From Haliotis rubra (lineage: Eukaryota), in assembly GCF_003918875.1 (NCBI RefSeq), contig NW_025767080.1:2418001-2482000 (forward strand): a stretch of DNA of 64,000 bases, given 5' to 3'. The number at the start of each line of letters is the position of its first letter. The stretch's first letter is position 1. The notes under the pieces were generated by a model. That model worked only from the letters and a program-made list of their open reading frames with translations. It had not been told where the DNA came from and ran no database searches. The translations under genes were made by a program, and so were the position numbers. Below, in pieces: positions 24,647-37,717 of this stretch.

Positions 24647-26097
24647 AAATATCAGGTAAGTGGCTTCAGGCATTATTTTGAAATCGAACTTTATTTACAT
24701 CCCATCACAGTTAGCGAAAATTACATGGCGGCCATTTTATGAACTTAAATATGGCACATTGGGGTATAACGATATGGTCTCTTTTTGTATTTATAGAATT
24801 TATTTGACATGAATATGATTAACACTTTTTCTTCAGAATCAATTTTAAAAAAGTTGATAGTTTCATTTATTACGAAAAGAAATTTGTTTTGATCTGACGT
24901 TCTGTTTATTATTCTTTATCTACGGCTGTTTAGACTATCCATTCCAGTATGTGTTACAACACATACATTTATATATTGATATAGCATGAAAGCACAAAAT
25001 GCATTAAGAATATGTTCGGTATAGATCGAGGCGATTGGCAAGGCGAGTCCCTTCATGCGGAATTCAGTTCCTTATGTTGGTAGAATGTGTGAAGCCTCTT
25101 TGTGGAGGTCCCATTCTCACCTGACTTGAATATACCAAGCGGCTTAAAATTATACTCAATCTCACTCTGATGTTGACCCTTAGACGTTTAGTGTAAAACT
25201 GAGATTTTACCTTTTGGTATGATAATACTTGTTGAGTCAGGTACTAAAAATATCAAGAAATATTTCTACATGCTTTCAGTCGATATTTTTCTGTCATGGA
25301 AATGTTTGTATAATCTATAAACATTAAATATTTTACATTTTTAGCTCTCTTAACCATTGACTTGTTGGAAGAATATTGCTTTTGTTCCGTGCAACACAAT
25401 ATATTCGTGAATTTAAAATTAATAATATTACCACCCCAACTAACATTTCTTTTATAGTAGCTATTTTTGAAGAACATTTTTATCACACATTTCAGACAAT
25501 CTATCGACAATAAAAGGATTCTTTCTTTATTAATCACAGTTCATGCTAGTCTTGAAATCAAGCTGTTGAAATGGTACCCTGCAATAAAGCAAGCAGTGAA
25601 ATGTATCTACGCCTTGTCCGACAGCAATAAGGAAAGTTGTACCTAATTATCCAGAGCTTCTATTGGTGCTCAGAACAATTACTTGAAGCACAACTGTCCC
25701 GGCTCAGGAGAAAGGCCTTTTCCGAGTCACGCTTTATGAACTTGTAATTAAAATCGCGCACACGTGCGTGCTGTATCGCGAAAAACAAACATAAAATATG
25801 ATGGAAATTGTCGGTGCGGAACTGTAATTGCCGCGCGAAGTTTAAACGCAGCGTGTTATCAGAATCTGAATACATTGCTACAGGTGAAGGGAGATCTGAC
25901 AGACAATGGGGTATTATTGGGTTTGGCACCGATATTGCCTATGTGACGTCACACGCGTGCCGGGAGGGGAGGGTGGAGCTAAAGAATTGTGTGGGGTAGA
26001 TATTTTGGAATGAAACATGTATTGCTACTTTTTTTGAGTCGGGCATAGGCGCAAATGTGTTTTCATGAAATGACGGCTAGTCACTATGGGTAGTGAC

Positions 26098-27310
26098 ATT
26101 ATGACGTCACGAAGAGATTTATTTGGCTTTTCCTGGTTACATGAAAATGCATGGCGTAACACATAGGGTAATGACGTTACATGAAAATGTGTGGCGTATC
26201 ACAAATGGTTATGACATTACATAAAAATACGTGGTATACCACAAAGTGTCATGACGTTACATAAAATGTATGGCGTAATACAAATTTTCATGACGTTACA
26301 AAAACATGTATGGCGTAATACAAAGTTTCATGACGTTACATGAAAATTAATGGCATAATACAAAGTGTCATGACGTTACACAAAAATGTACGGCGTAATA
26401 CAAATGGTCATGACGTTACAAGAAAATGCATGACATAACACAAATGGTCATAACATTACATGAAAATAAGTGGCATAACACATAGTGTCATGAAGTTATA
26501 TGAAAATGCGTGTTGTATCACAAAGGGTTAGGACGTTACACGAAGGCACATGAGGTTACACAAAGGTACATGGGTTTACACAAAAGTAAATGAGGTTAAG
26601 GTACAGTAGGGTACACGAAGGTGCATGAAGATAAATGAAGGTTAATGAGGCTACGTGAAGGTACATGGCGTTACATGGCGTTACATGAAGAGACTCCAAG
26701 GTAAAGGAGGCTACACGAAGGTACATGAGGATAAAACCAAGGTACATAAAGATACACCAGGGTACATGAGGATGCATACATGAAGAGACACTTAAGTACA
26801 TGAAGATACACCAAGGTAAACGAGGCTTCACGAAGACACATAACGATACACCAATGTAGATGAGGTTTCACGAAGACACATGAAGATGCACCAAGGTAGA
26901 TGAGGTTTCACGAAGACACATGAAGATACACCAAAGTAAATGAGGTTTCACGAAGACACATGAAGATACACCAAAGTAAATGAGGTTTAACGAAGACACA
27001 TGAAGATACACCAAGGTAAATGAGGTTTCACGAAGACACATGAAGATACACCAAATTAAATTGAAATAAACCAAGGTAGACAAAGATACACCAAGGTAAA
27101 TGAGGCCACACCAAGGTACATAAAGAAACACCAAGGTACATAAAGCAAAACCAAGGTAGATAAAGATACACCAAGGTAAATGAGGTTACACCCAGGTAAA
27201 TGAGGCTACACCAAGGCACATGAAGATACACCAAGGTACATGAAGATACACCAACGTAGATAGAGATACACCAAGGTAAATGAGATTACACCAAGGTAAA
27301 TGAGGTTAGA
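26098..27310. repeat. Composite satellite, 20-bp monomer with 40-bp dimer periodicity
   Basis: Left unit CATGACGTTACATGAAAATGTATGGCGTAATACAAAGTGT (period 40); right unit GAAGACACATGAAGATACACCAAGGTAAATGAGGTTTCAC (period 40). Confidence 0.9.
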
Positions 27311-27707
27311 AGTAGGTGTACGAAGCCACACGACGCTACACAATATTGACCAGCCCAATAGAAACCTGCTCCTCCACCCGTGCATCCCCGATTGTCAAAG
27401 ACATTATGACAAGCACCCTCGACCAATTCACTACCATGGTACGTTAAGGAAGTAATCTCGCACACATCATCTCTCAATCTTGACTCGAACTTGATCGGAG
27501 AGCTATCAGAATCAGACTTACAGCGAAGTGACTGAGGCGAATTGTTCAAGGGTATCTATCGTATTAAAGTGGAAATTAATACAGTGCACAATTGAGGATG
27601 CCTCTTGTGTGTGGACCCGGGTGAGGACTGGTCCTCCGTCCTCTAGTCTACATCCCAAAAGCTCACAGCCTTCAAAGTATCTACTCACTGAGGCAATCGG
27701 AGACATA

Positions 27708-29084
27708 TACTGAGTCAAAAAAGAAACTTCACATTCTTTCTTCAGGGCACTATAAAAGAACAAGAGATGGTAAGATGGTTAAATTGTTATTATTTCATTG
27801 CTGAGATCTGTGTGATGTACTCGATACACTGACAGTGCCATAATCAGTTCCATTAGGCTACACCGCCGTTCCAAAACATGGGTATACAGAATGTCAAGTC
27901 ACAAGAATAAAAATGCGAAATTTCTCAGTTCAATATCGTGTATGGCCACCCCGCGCATTCACCACTGCCAAACACCGTCTCCTCATTGACTGCCTGATGC
28001 TTGTGAACACTTGGTTTGGGATTCTGCGCCATTGCTCTTGCAAGGCAGCGCCAAGTTCCTGCAAATTCTGAGGTTGGTTCCTAAGACCACGAAGCCTTCT
28101 CCCAAGTGCATCCCAAACGTGCTCTATTGGATTAAGGTCAGGGGACTTCGATGGCCAGTCCATGACGTTGATTCCAGCGTTTTGAAGGAAATTTCGTGTC
28201 ACCATCGCGGTATGCGGCCGAGCATTATCATGCTGGAACTGTAGACCTGGGCCATGAGCCGCCATGAAAGGAACGAGTTCAGGGGTGAGCACCTGGTCGC
28301 GGTAAGCAGCAGCTGTGAGGTTTCCACGGATGACCAGAAGTCGGGAACGGTTGTTCCCACAGAAAGCACCCCACACCATGCAAATTCCGCCCCCGAATCT
28401 GTCGACTTCCTGTACACAACATTTGGCATACCGTTCACGACGTCGTCTCCAGACGTTTTGCCTGCCGTCCACGAATCTGAGGGTAAACCTGGATTCATCG
28501 CTAAAGACCACTCGATTCCAGTCTCTCTGGGTCCATCGGAGGTGACGTTGGGCCCACAGCAGACGTTGACGTTGATGAAACGGCGTCAATATTGGCCCAC
28601 GATATGGACGTCGAGAATTGAGATTGGCCGCCCGCAACCTATTTCGAATGGTCTGTGAGGACAGTCGACCTCTAAACATCTCAGCCCTGGTTCGTGTAGC
28701 CGGAAGAAGTCTGTCACGTAGGTGACGTAGGACGATTTGACGGTCTTCTGCTCGTGACGTCACACGTGGACGACCCGACCTTGGGCGATGAGAAGTGGTG
28801 CCAGTTTGTTGTAGACGACCTCGCAAGTCATACACAGTACGACGGCTGCATCCCATTGCTCTTGCGACGTCAATAACTGATCTTCCCGCTTGCAACATGC
28901 CAACGGCACGTTCACGTTGCACATTTGACAATCGTGGCATTTCAAGTACCGTTAGAACTGTGGTTTAAAAGTGTTTTTTCAATTCTTGAGGCCAATGCAA
29001 ACACGTGCATATGACGAAAACTTCGATGCGAAGATCACGTGATCGACTGCACGTGCAAAACCTGATTTAGCACTAACGTCAGTA
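27708..29084 (-). mobile_element. Tc1/mariner DNA transposon (Tc1 family)
   Basis: Contains an intact transposase ORF. Left end is TA|TACTGAGTCAAAAAAGAAAC and right end TCAGTA|TA, consistent with a TA TSD, but only 6 terminal bp match between the ends. Confidence 0.8.
27930..28940 (-). CDS. Tc1-family DD34E transposase, 336 aa
   Basis: N-terminal paired-like HTH, GRPR linker (PRSGRPR), VVFSDESRF (D1), MVWGAF, FQHDNARPH (D2), 34 aa, SPDLNPIEHVW (E), C-terminal GGHTRY. No stops or frameshifts. Confidence 0.95.
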   Translation of the reverse strand: MPRLSNVQRERAVGMLQAGRSVIDVARAMGCSRRTVYDLRGRLQQTGTTSHRPRSGRPRVTSRAEDRQIVLRHLRDRLLPATRTRAEMFRGRLSSQTIRNRLRAANLNSRRPYRGPILTPFHQRQRLLWAQRHLRWTQRDWNRVVFSDESRFTLRFVDGRQNVWRRRRERYAKCCVQEVDRFGGGICMVWGAFCGNNRSRLLVIRGNLTAAAYRDQVLTPELVPFMAAHGPGLQFQHDNARPHTAMVTRNFLQNAGINVMDWPSKSPDLNPIEHVWDALGRRLRGLRNQPQNLQELGAALQEQWRRIPNQVFTSIRQSMRRRCLAVVNARGGHTRY

Positions 29085-29129
29085 TATAATCTATAGGTTA
29101 GTAGACCGGGCCCAATGCATTCGATTATT

Positions 29130-29260
29130 ATGTTTTGTCAACAGAGCACTCAGCAATATTCCAGCTGTCTCACAGCGATCTGTAAATAGAGTCTGGACAA
29201 GACAATCCTGTACTGAGATGACTGCTCATGGAGCATTGCTAATTGAGATACAGTTCGTAT
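29130..29260 (-). mobile_element. Degenerate SINE family B fragment
   Basis: GCACTCAGCAATATTCCAGCT...CTGTAAATAGAGTCTGGACAAGACAATCC is the reverse complement of the family B 3' part. Confidence 0.65.
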
Positions 29261-32200
29261 GTGTAGGACTTGGATTTCAATCAGCTCGATCTGTAGTTTA
29301 GATAGATCAGGACGTATCGCCTTGATGTGAAGTGAAGCCCAATACGAAGCATCAGGGTCAGTCTGGGGTTCGAACCTATGGTCAGCGGATCCTGAAACAC
29401 GGAAGCGACTGGTCAATCAATACATTGTGATACTCCTATCACATGGTGGTTAGTGTAAATGATAAGGGTCCTAAAATAGCTCTGCTAGAATGAACACAAA
29501 TATGACTTTCTTTATAGCCATTTGCCTCGAGCACTTGCGAACGGGTCCGAGTGTTATGACTGCCACCGTTTGATACTCTTGCTGCGATTCGTGTCATCTC
29601 TGTATAGTCGTGCTTGAATGAGGTCCTTCTTTTCTTGTGCCTTTGTGTTAAGATGGGCCATAAACACCTTTTTCAGAGCTATATAAACGCAACTTTCAAA
29701 GATAATGTCATTCTGACACACAACATATCTTCCATGCCCTTTTTGATCCATAGCATGAATCAGAAATTGCAAAGCCAATGTTTGAAATTAATCTTTCGTT
29801 TATTGATGTTGGTACACATAAAGTTGTTATAATGTTTTGACAGACGCAGAAATTTTGTGAAAATGATTAAGCTGTTCACGAACGATGATGTTGAAAGTGT
29901 TCATTTGCTGGGATGCATGAACAATACATTCGATACTATTTATGTCACCTTAAACGATTGTCCCTTGAGAAACAGAAAAGATCAGTTAGACCTGACACAA
30001 AACCTACGTTTCCCAGTTATACATTAAAATATTGCATATTACTACACAAGATATATTTATAAAATAATATAATGTGTGTCTATACAGTATTTTAAAATAT
30101 TCCTTTTTATGAAGGATTTAATTGTCTTCAGATAACGCGTGCGTGTGTTTCAGATCAGCATTTACTTTACTATACGAGCATGATTATTGTCCACACTTTG
30201 CGATATATGTAATTTGTTTCAGACAAAACGGGTTTGACCTTACAAAAGGTTTGATGTTATGTTTAATGTGAATATATACCCTTTTGTCTGAAGTACAATA
30301 TGCCTTCATGACCATTATACGTATTTGATTGCTGTGAAATGGCAGCAGCTTACATGCAATATAGAAACACACAGTGCCACCTGTCTTCCAGAAGCATTGC
30401 CTGAGGTAGAATTGGATCCAAGAAAACTCAGGTGTTTGTCGTAGTACGTGATTCGTACTGGTGTGCAGTCTGAATAATTGCGTTTCATTTACATAATTAA
30501 TTACCAAAACATTTAACATGAGGCCGTTGTTACGTCAAAGGTCAAAGAACAATTCTAACAATTCCATTCCATGACCTATGATGAGCTTTTCATCAAATGG
30601 CATTGTATTTCAACTTCAACACATCAGAAAACGTTTGGTTAAGAATTGCCTAATATTAACATAATAGAGAAACTTTCCTTTACTTTACCTCTCCGTTTAG
30701 TATTGTATCAGGACATGCAAATGCTGAAATGAACAAAATATACATTGAATATTATTCTCTCTCAAATTGACATCTACAGCTTGAGTACACACTCTAAGCT
30801 TTGGCGGCCTATGGTGATCATGCACTGTGGTTTGAAAGGCTCTAATGATACTTTAAGTTTTATGAATTCTTCCTAAAAGACTACGTTACATCGTGTCATT
30901 TAGTGCAGCTCCCCATGACGTCTATCGTGACGTGTTTGATGACGTGGCTCGTCCCCGCGTTAGACAGCGCTGTCATAGATGATGGAGTGGCCACTAATAG
31001 ATTTCAGACGTGTCGTTATTGATGACCTTGCAACCAATCCCCCAGGACGCGTAACAAAGCATTGTTAAATTGCTTGTCTCTGTTATAATTTTAGTTCTCG
31101 TTGTTAAATGTCATATATCGTTGTAATAATGAGATACATACGCCACCACGTGGCTTTTTCGGGAAGTGAATCATGGCAATTTTACGAAAATCGATGCAAT
31201 ATTTCGAACAAAACTAAAAATTATTTAGAGTTATCAATGTCTGAATATTGAGAAAGTTGAATCCCAAATATAGCCTATGTTGTCAGTATCTGATTGGCAT
31301 TATGACAAATTGGTTCGTAATTGTCTGATCTTGTTCCTCTAATCTATTCTAATTTAATCTAAACTTCCTCCAGTTGCCCATATAAGTGTTAAAATAAAAC
31401 GAGATCTGCATACGGTTCTGACGGGCGCCACTGATGGTCAGGATACGCTCACCTTTCTGTGATCACCTGGTATCATCAGTACAGAACATAACAGAACATA
31501 GACTTTATCAAGGCTTGAACCTACCACTTCCTGGTCTTGAAATTGAATACAGATATGTATATGGGCATGTTAAGCAGCGTGAGAACTTTGATTACAATGT
31601 ATTAGATATTACTTAATTTTACAATGGTTATATTATTATCACGTGCAAGTAATTGTACAAGTTTATAGATACTAGGGGTTTGCCAATAATATTTATTAAT
31701 GTAATATTTACGTTATTCACCGTTATTCACACATGCTCATGATACAGTGGGATTCGGACAGGGGGTTCTGAATTTTGTCCCGAAGCGAGGAACACTCGAT
31801 CTTTTAGCATTTAATTATTCATTTAAATATTCAGCGAAAGTAAAAATACATGTAAAGTATGCATATCGACAGCAGCAATTAATGTGTTGAAAGAAAGGCG
31901 TCAGTTCTTTGTTTTGGCTTTGTTTGTTTTTCAAATATTTAGAATAATGATACTACGTTCCTATTTATCATACTGGAATGTGTTAAAACGCAAAATAAGA
32001 ACCGCTTCTTATATGTGACGAAGGTTTTAACTGAACAGTCTTTGCATCGGCTTTCTGTTATATATCAACAATTAAAATATTCTCATCTTCAGGGAATTAG
32101 TGTATTTGTGACACAAGCTACTGCTAAGCCTTCGTACCAAATTTGATTTGACTATTCAATCCTAATAGTCACTGACACAGCGTGTCCCTTCCGATGCCAG

Positions 32201-32292
32201 TGTTGACGGGCTGTGTGGTGTGGGTACTTGATCACAAATTGACCAATATGTGACGCGGTAATAAACCAATTTTCCTCTTCGTCTTCTTCTTC

Positions 32293-32424
32293 GGGGGGCG
32301 GTGGGGTAGCCTAGTGGTTAAAGCGTTGGCTCGTCACGCCGAAAACCCCGGTTCGAATCCCCACATGGGTACAATGTGTGAAGCCCATTTCTGGTGTCCC
32401 CCGCCGTGATGTTGCTGGAATACT
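32293..32424 (+). mobile_element. SINE family A, 3'-truncated
   Basis: Consensus head and body, ending at GCTGGAATACT. GTCTTCTTCT is repeated at 32281-32290 and 32425-32434. Confidence 0.9.
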
Positions 32425-32788
32425 GTCTTCTTCTGTGAATATTAACCAATCTGCGGCACGTTTCTTTGCATTAGATATCTTTCAAAATAACGTATACAAG
32501 GTGAACTTGGTAATAAATTAGCAATGCAAAAAGATCGTATCCTTGGTTGATTTTCAAACGAAACACAGTTGGATATTTTTACAATGAAATTTTCAAGACG
32601 AAATCGAGTATCGAACATGCTTACAACTAGGGAAATAGTACCTGCCTCCTCTGCGTGTATCTGTGCATCATATGGTATGGGCTAACCGCCATCTGGGGGG
32701 ACGTTCCTGCGGCAACTATCTAGCAGGTACTGGAGTGGTCCTGGACATTTAGCAAACGTAATTGAATGTCATGTACAGATATGCTAAC

Positions 32789-32791
<3 letters not shown>

Positions 32792-32822
<31 letters not shown>
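32792..32822. repeat. (TG)n microsatellite
   Basis: About 15 perfect TG units. Confidence 0.95.
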
Positions 32823-32825
<3 letters not shown>

Positions 32826-35800
32826 GAAAATAGACCAGTGCTAGTGCTCGTGTTTGGCCTTTTAGTACTGTAATTCAAGGTCTCTTATGAAAGCGACATT
32901 ATGGAGAGTGTCAGAAAAAAACACTATCTCCATGTTAAATCAATGATCATAAAATGTGCATTTGCATCGGTCCGTTTATCAAACTGCAATATTTGATGAT
33001 TATTTGAGCAGATCGATGAATGCATGTTATATTAGCGACATGTGAACATATGGACCAAACTGCTCATATTTTTCAAAGACACATTTGTAACGATGCAACT
33101 TGTAATGTTCTTGCTTCACTACACAAAGGTAACTCAAATTTCCACTCTTACTTTCAAGATTAACGATGTGTTAATGTTTAATGGGAATGACGATAGAATG
33201 CTTGGGTGTTCGAGATATCAATACATTTATGAAGGAGAATATACGAATTAAGAAAATAAACGTTTCAAATTCAATCCAATAATTTAATATCTGGCGAGTA
33301 CCTGGCACAGGCCATGGGGTAGTAATTTGTTATATTCATTCATAGGTAGAGATCTACGGCAGCAGTTCGAAAGGAGTGATAGGCGGGGGTGATAGGCGGG
33401 GGTGGGGGCGACTGTGGACAGGGGTCTTGAGCTTCTTTGACCCATATACGTACACAGTAAGAGAGTAAGAAAATGAAATCACATTCCACACACATCCCCA
33501 CCAACACCAACCCCACCCTTTTAAAAAATTCTGGTTCCTCTTCTGACATTTAATGCAAATTCATTTTTGTCATGAGCCACAAACGATAATTAACGTAGGG
33601 TACTCATTTTCATACTCACATTACTTTCTCATAGCTCAAGAGTCCCTTGAACAAAATGGGAAGCATAAATAAAAAATAAATACATGAATACTCACGAGCC
33701 GTTGTAATAATAAAATGATGAAAGTATGTGTTTTCTGGGACGGCTGACAATACAGACAATTTCCTTCCTAGCACTGAAACTGAAGGATGTGTCAGTGACG
33801 CCTTCATCCAGTATACATCTGTAGATACGGATACTCACAACTAGCAGATATGACTTAATTAACAACCACATGCAAAGTCAATGTAATTCAATAAATAATT
33901 AAAAAATCAATCAGTATTTCATATGTGTTCTTTTTATGCTTCATGAAACTTGAACCAAACATTTTCTAACATAATAATAAATCATCGTGTTGCTGAGATA
34001 AATAAATATACAGTTAAAATAAACGCATGTGTTCATATATTTTTATCCTGAGTTCATGTTGTATTTATGAAATAATTCAGTTATACCGTTCACGGTTTTT
34101 TAAAGCATTTCACAACGCCCGCTGGGGGATGTTATTGGGACATTTCCCTGGAAACAGATGGGCATAAATTAAACTTAACCTTGTGTTAATTTATCGATAT
34201 TAATGGTTAATTACTCTTTGCATTCCTTTGATGGTTTTCGTTGCTCATTTAAGTTAATGTTCCTTTGATCCCACACATGTTGAAAACGACACCTGTCATT
34301 AACGCATATGCAATCAATGAAATCGCCGTTTTTTAACTAATAGAGTTAAATGTACAACCAACATCCACATAGCCCATGGTTTGAAACAATAGTGTTTCCC
34401 GCATGACAAACGATGAATGACTCGCCACTTTAGGGTGTTCAGTCGGGTATGAGAATCGGAAATCAATGCACATGTAATATAGGAGAGGAAACCTATTTTG
34501 TTTCTTTTGTAAGCATGACTTTGTTTCGTATGCTTATTGAGCACTCAGACAACAAGTTTCCTGTTTGTTGTGGTATTACATTACTCAGATCGATAAGAAC
34601 CTATTGACCAAAAGTGAAAGAAACTACGGTGAAAATGTTAATTCGTTTACGTAATTACAACTGGACGGTTATCATTAATATTGTCATGATTTTGCTCCTG
34701 AAATGTTATACTATTATTTAATTTCAAAATAAACATAGAAATATATATTATATTTATTTGTATCAAAGTAATATTAAACTGATTGGAAAATAAAACAAAA
34801 TGAAAACTGAAAAACGATATTTATATATTTAATCCCTAATTAAACTAATACCTAGACTTATTATGATATAGTGAATAGATCTAAATATATATGTATGTAT
34901 ATCTACATGTATTAACACCTATTTTTATGTAGTTACCAGAGTTAAAACAAAATCACTGAATCTTCACAAAATAACATTAATACTAAACAACATTAATACT
35001 GAACGGTGAACGTAACACCCTTGAAATGCGAAGACATGTTATTTTAACAAAGATACATCCATTAACGGTATGTACATTAACAAGCCATAATATCAACTAA
35101 AACATTTTAAAAACATCCGATAAATAATTAGTGATCTTTTTCAAATAAAGTACCATTTACAAACTCTTTACATGGAGTAATTTGCACCGTTTTATAAAAC
35201 CATCCCTTTAATAATTCAGATATCCGCTATTTCGCTATGCCAACACGGCCAGGTGAGAGGTTAAATACAAAGTAATTTCCCTGCAGATACAAACCCTCTA
35301 TTTGGAGGGCATGTCGACGTCAATTTGCGCAGGAAGTGTCAATCAGTCTTTTTGTACTGTTGTATGTTTCAGCTATCGACATGATATGTGTATGCATTAT
35401 TAATCACAGCCAATAATGCAAAATGCTTGCACACAGGATTGTTGAATCTGAAGGCATGTTTACTTCCGGATGAAAAGTGCTTTCCAATTTAGTCGTTGAC
35501 AGCCCAAACACACAGGGATTTCTTTTTTGTGACAGCATTTCCTGGCACAGGGTGGGTTATATCCAGATTGGACATCAAAGCGGCAGATAGAACAAAGATA
35601 GCGCTCGAATCGTGTTGTTGTTTTAGAATAACGTTCAGATCGCGTTTCTGTTTCTGAGATCAGTTTCAAGCAAATTCCGTATGCATTGTCGTGCTTGTAC
35701 ACCGATTATTTTAACCCTAAACGGTACGTTAAGATCGCGATACCACATACTGCAATATTTCGTAAACCATACGATATAACTCTAAATATCTCACAGCGGA

Positions 35801-36585
35801 TGTTTCGTCCTGAAGCGGTGCACTGCTTGAATGAAGCTTAATTAACTTACATCTACACCAGCGGGCAAAATATGGTGGTATAATTGCTTTTGTCCGGCAT
35901 TGTATTTTGGGTATGACTGAGAATACCAAAGCTGATTTCTTTCCATTTTTGGTTTTTGAGACAAATGTTGCTTTCACGCACCGAATGGACAACCAGATGA
36001 AGAATTAATGCCGTGTGGTAAATGCATATGTACGTTGTTCGAATACGATGAACAGTCTGACGTGAAATAGCTGACATACTTCTGACTGCGGCGAAAATAA
36101 CATTCACTCACACGAATGAAACCCACTAGCACTGCCAAGTCCTTTCGGCAATCAATTTCAGCGACTGATAGCGACGTGTTTGCTTCTGATCACTCACGAT
36201 TAGCAGCGACCGTCACCAGTCAACAAGTTTTTGTCTAGCAGGCTACTAATTGCAATGTCAATTGACACAGGGGATAGAAAATGCATCTAATTATCTGCAA
36301 TTTCTACTCAAACGATTCCAGATACTTGGAATGAAATGACGATAATGGTACGGAAGCTGGAACTTAAGAAAATATCCATGAATATTATTTTTCTAGTTCC
36401 GAGGCGTATTCTCAATTATCGGAAACTGAAAATTGGTAATGTTTCCAACAGGGTAGCTGTACAGGTTACAACACAGCATTTGGTAAGGCAGACCTTCCGA
36501 TTCGAATTTGGGTGAAACAAAAGAAGTCCCATCTCAAATCTCTCCCCTTTCGTTTCAAACTGTTTTAAGATCTGCTTAGAAATGA

Positions 36586-37657
36586 AATACCCTGACAATT
36601 TACATAAAAATATTTTTCACATAAAATTGAATTTGAATTTTACCTTTGCTAAATTTCTTTCATTTACAGTAATATTGACAAAGCTTCAGTGCTCCACCGT
36701 CAGTTCACTGAAACAAAAACTTATCCCTTGATGCCCCTACATTTGAACATAAATAATTCAGATTTATATCATTTACAAGATATTGTCATTGCTGATGTTC
36801 AATATTCTCTGAAGTACTTTGAGAGGCATTTAAGAAGTTGTAAAGATGGAGGAAAACCAAGTTCTATGGATAGTCAACGTCTTTAATACCCTGACAATTT
36901 ACATCAAAAATATTTTTCACATAAAACTGAATTTGAATTTTACCTTTGCTAAATTTCTTTCATTTTCAGTAATATTGACAAAGCTTCAGTGCTCCACCGT
37001 CAGTTCACTGAAACAAAAACACATGCTGAATCTGTACAAGTACGGAGGAGTGATGAGCAACCTTTGTGAAGTGAGAAACGGGCCTCGTTGTGAGAAATAT
37101 AGAGCTGAAACTGGTGAACAGCCATATGTTAACATACCGCTGATAAAGCATGAACTTATTGATGTGCTGGTAAGCAATAACTAATAGAGCTGTCTACTTA
37201 ACAAACCGATATATATTTCATGATGATTGATTTGACAGACATGTGTTCCGTTGGTACTTTGTTCAATAATAATGTTTTCAGGTGAAAAGGTATTATTCTC
37301 GATAGACACCCTGATTCGTCAGTTTCGTGAGTCAAAACTCACCAGGTAAATCTGGTAAAACTGAACCTCCGTAATCAAGACACTGGTTAAAAGAGACTAT
37401 ATTTGCAGAGCAGAAAAAGACATATCATACCTTTAGCTACATTTTGTAACACGTGAATGTCGTATGCTTGCATTAGACGGATTGTAGACTTATCCCTTGA
37501 TGCCCCTACATTTGAACATAAATAATTCAGATTTACAATATCATTTACAAGATATTGTCATTACTGATGTTCAATATTCTCTGAAGTACTTTGAGAGGCA
37601 TTTAAGAAGTTGTAAAGATGAAGGAAAACCAAGTTCTATGGATAGTCAACGTCTTTA
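36586..37657. repeat. Local tandem duplication (A-C followed by A-B-C)
   Basis: 36586-36720 matches 36886-37020 and 36720-36885 matches 37489-37657; segment 37021-37488 is absent from the first copy. Confidence 0.9.
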
Positions 37658-37717
37658 GTGCAACTGAGTGCACTCATTGCAATAAAGAAGTTGACTATCT
37701 ATAGAACTTGGTTTTCC
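37623..37717. repeat. 95-bp imperfect palindrome
   Basis: GGAAAACCAAGTTCTATGGATAGTCAACGTCTTTAGTGCAA-C-TGAGTGCACTCA-TTGCAATAAAGAAGTTGACTATCTATAGAACTTGGTTTTCC. Confidence 0.9.

Noticed and set aside
26556-27234. Several overlapping hydrophobic ORFs
   Set aside because: They are translations of the satellite array.
28011-28945. ORFs overlapping the transposase in other frames or strands
   Set aside because: Shadow ORFs of a GC-balanced coding sequence.
27708-29084. Fanzor/TnpB cargo associated with the Tc1 element
   Set aside because: There is no room or ORF for a RuvC protein; the element encodes only the transposase.
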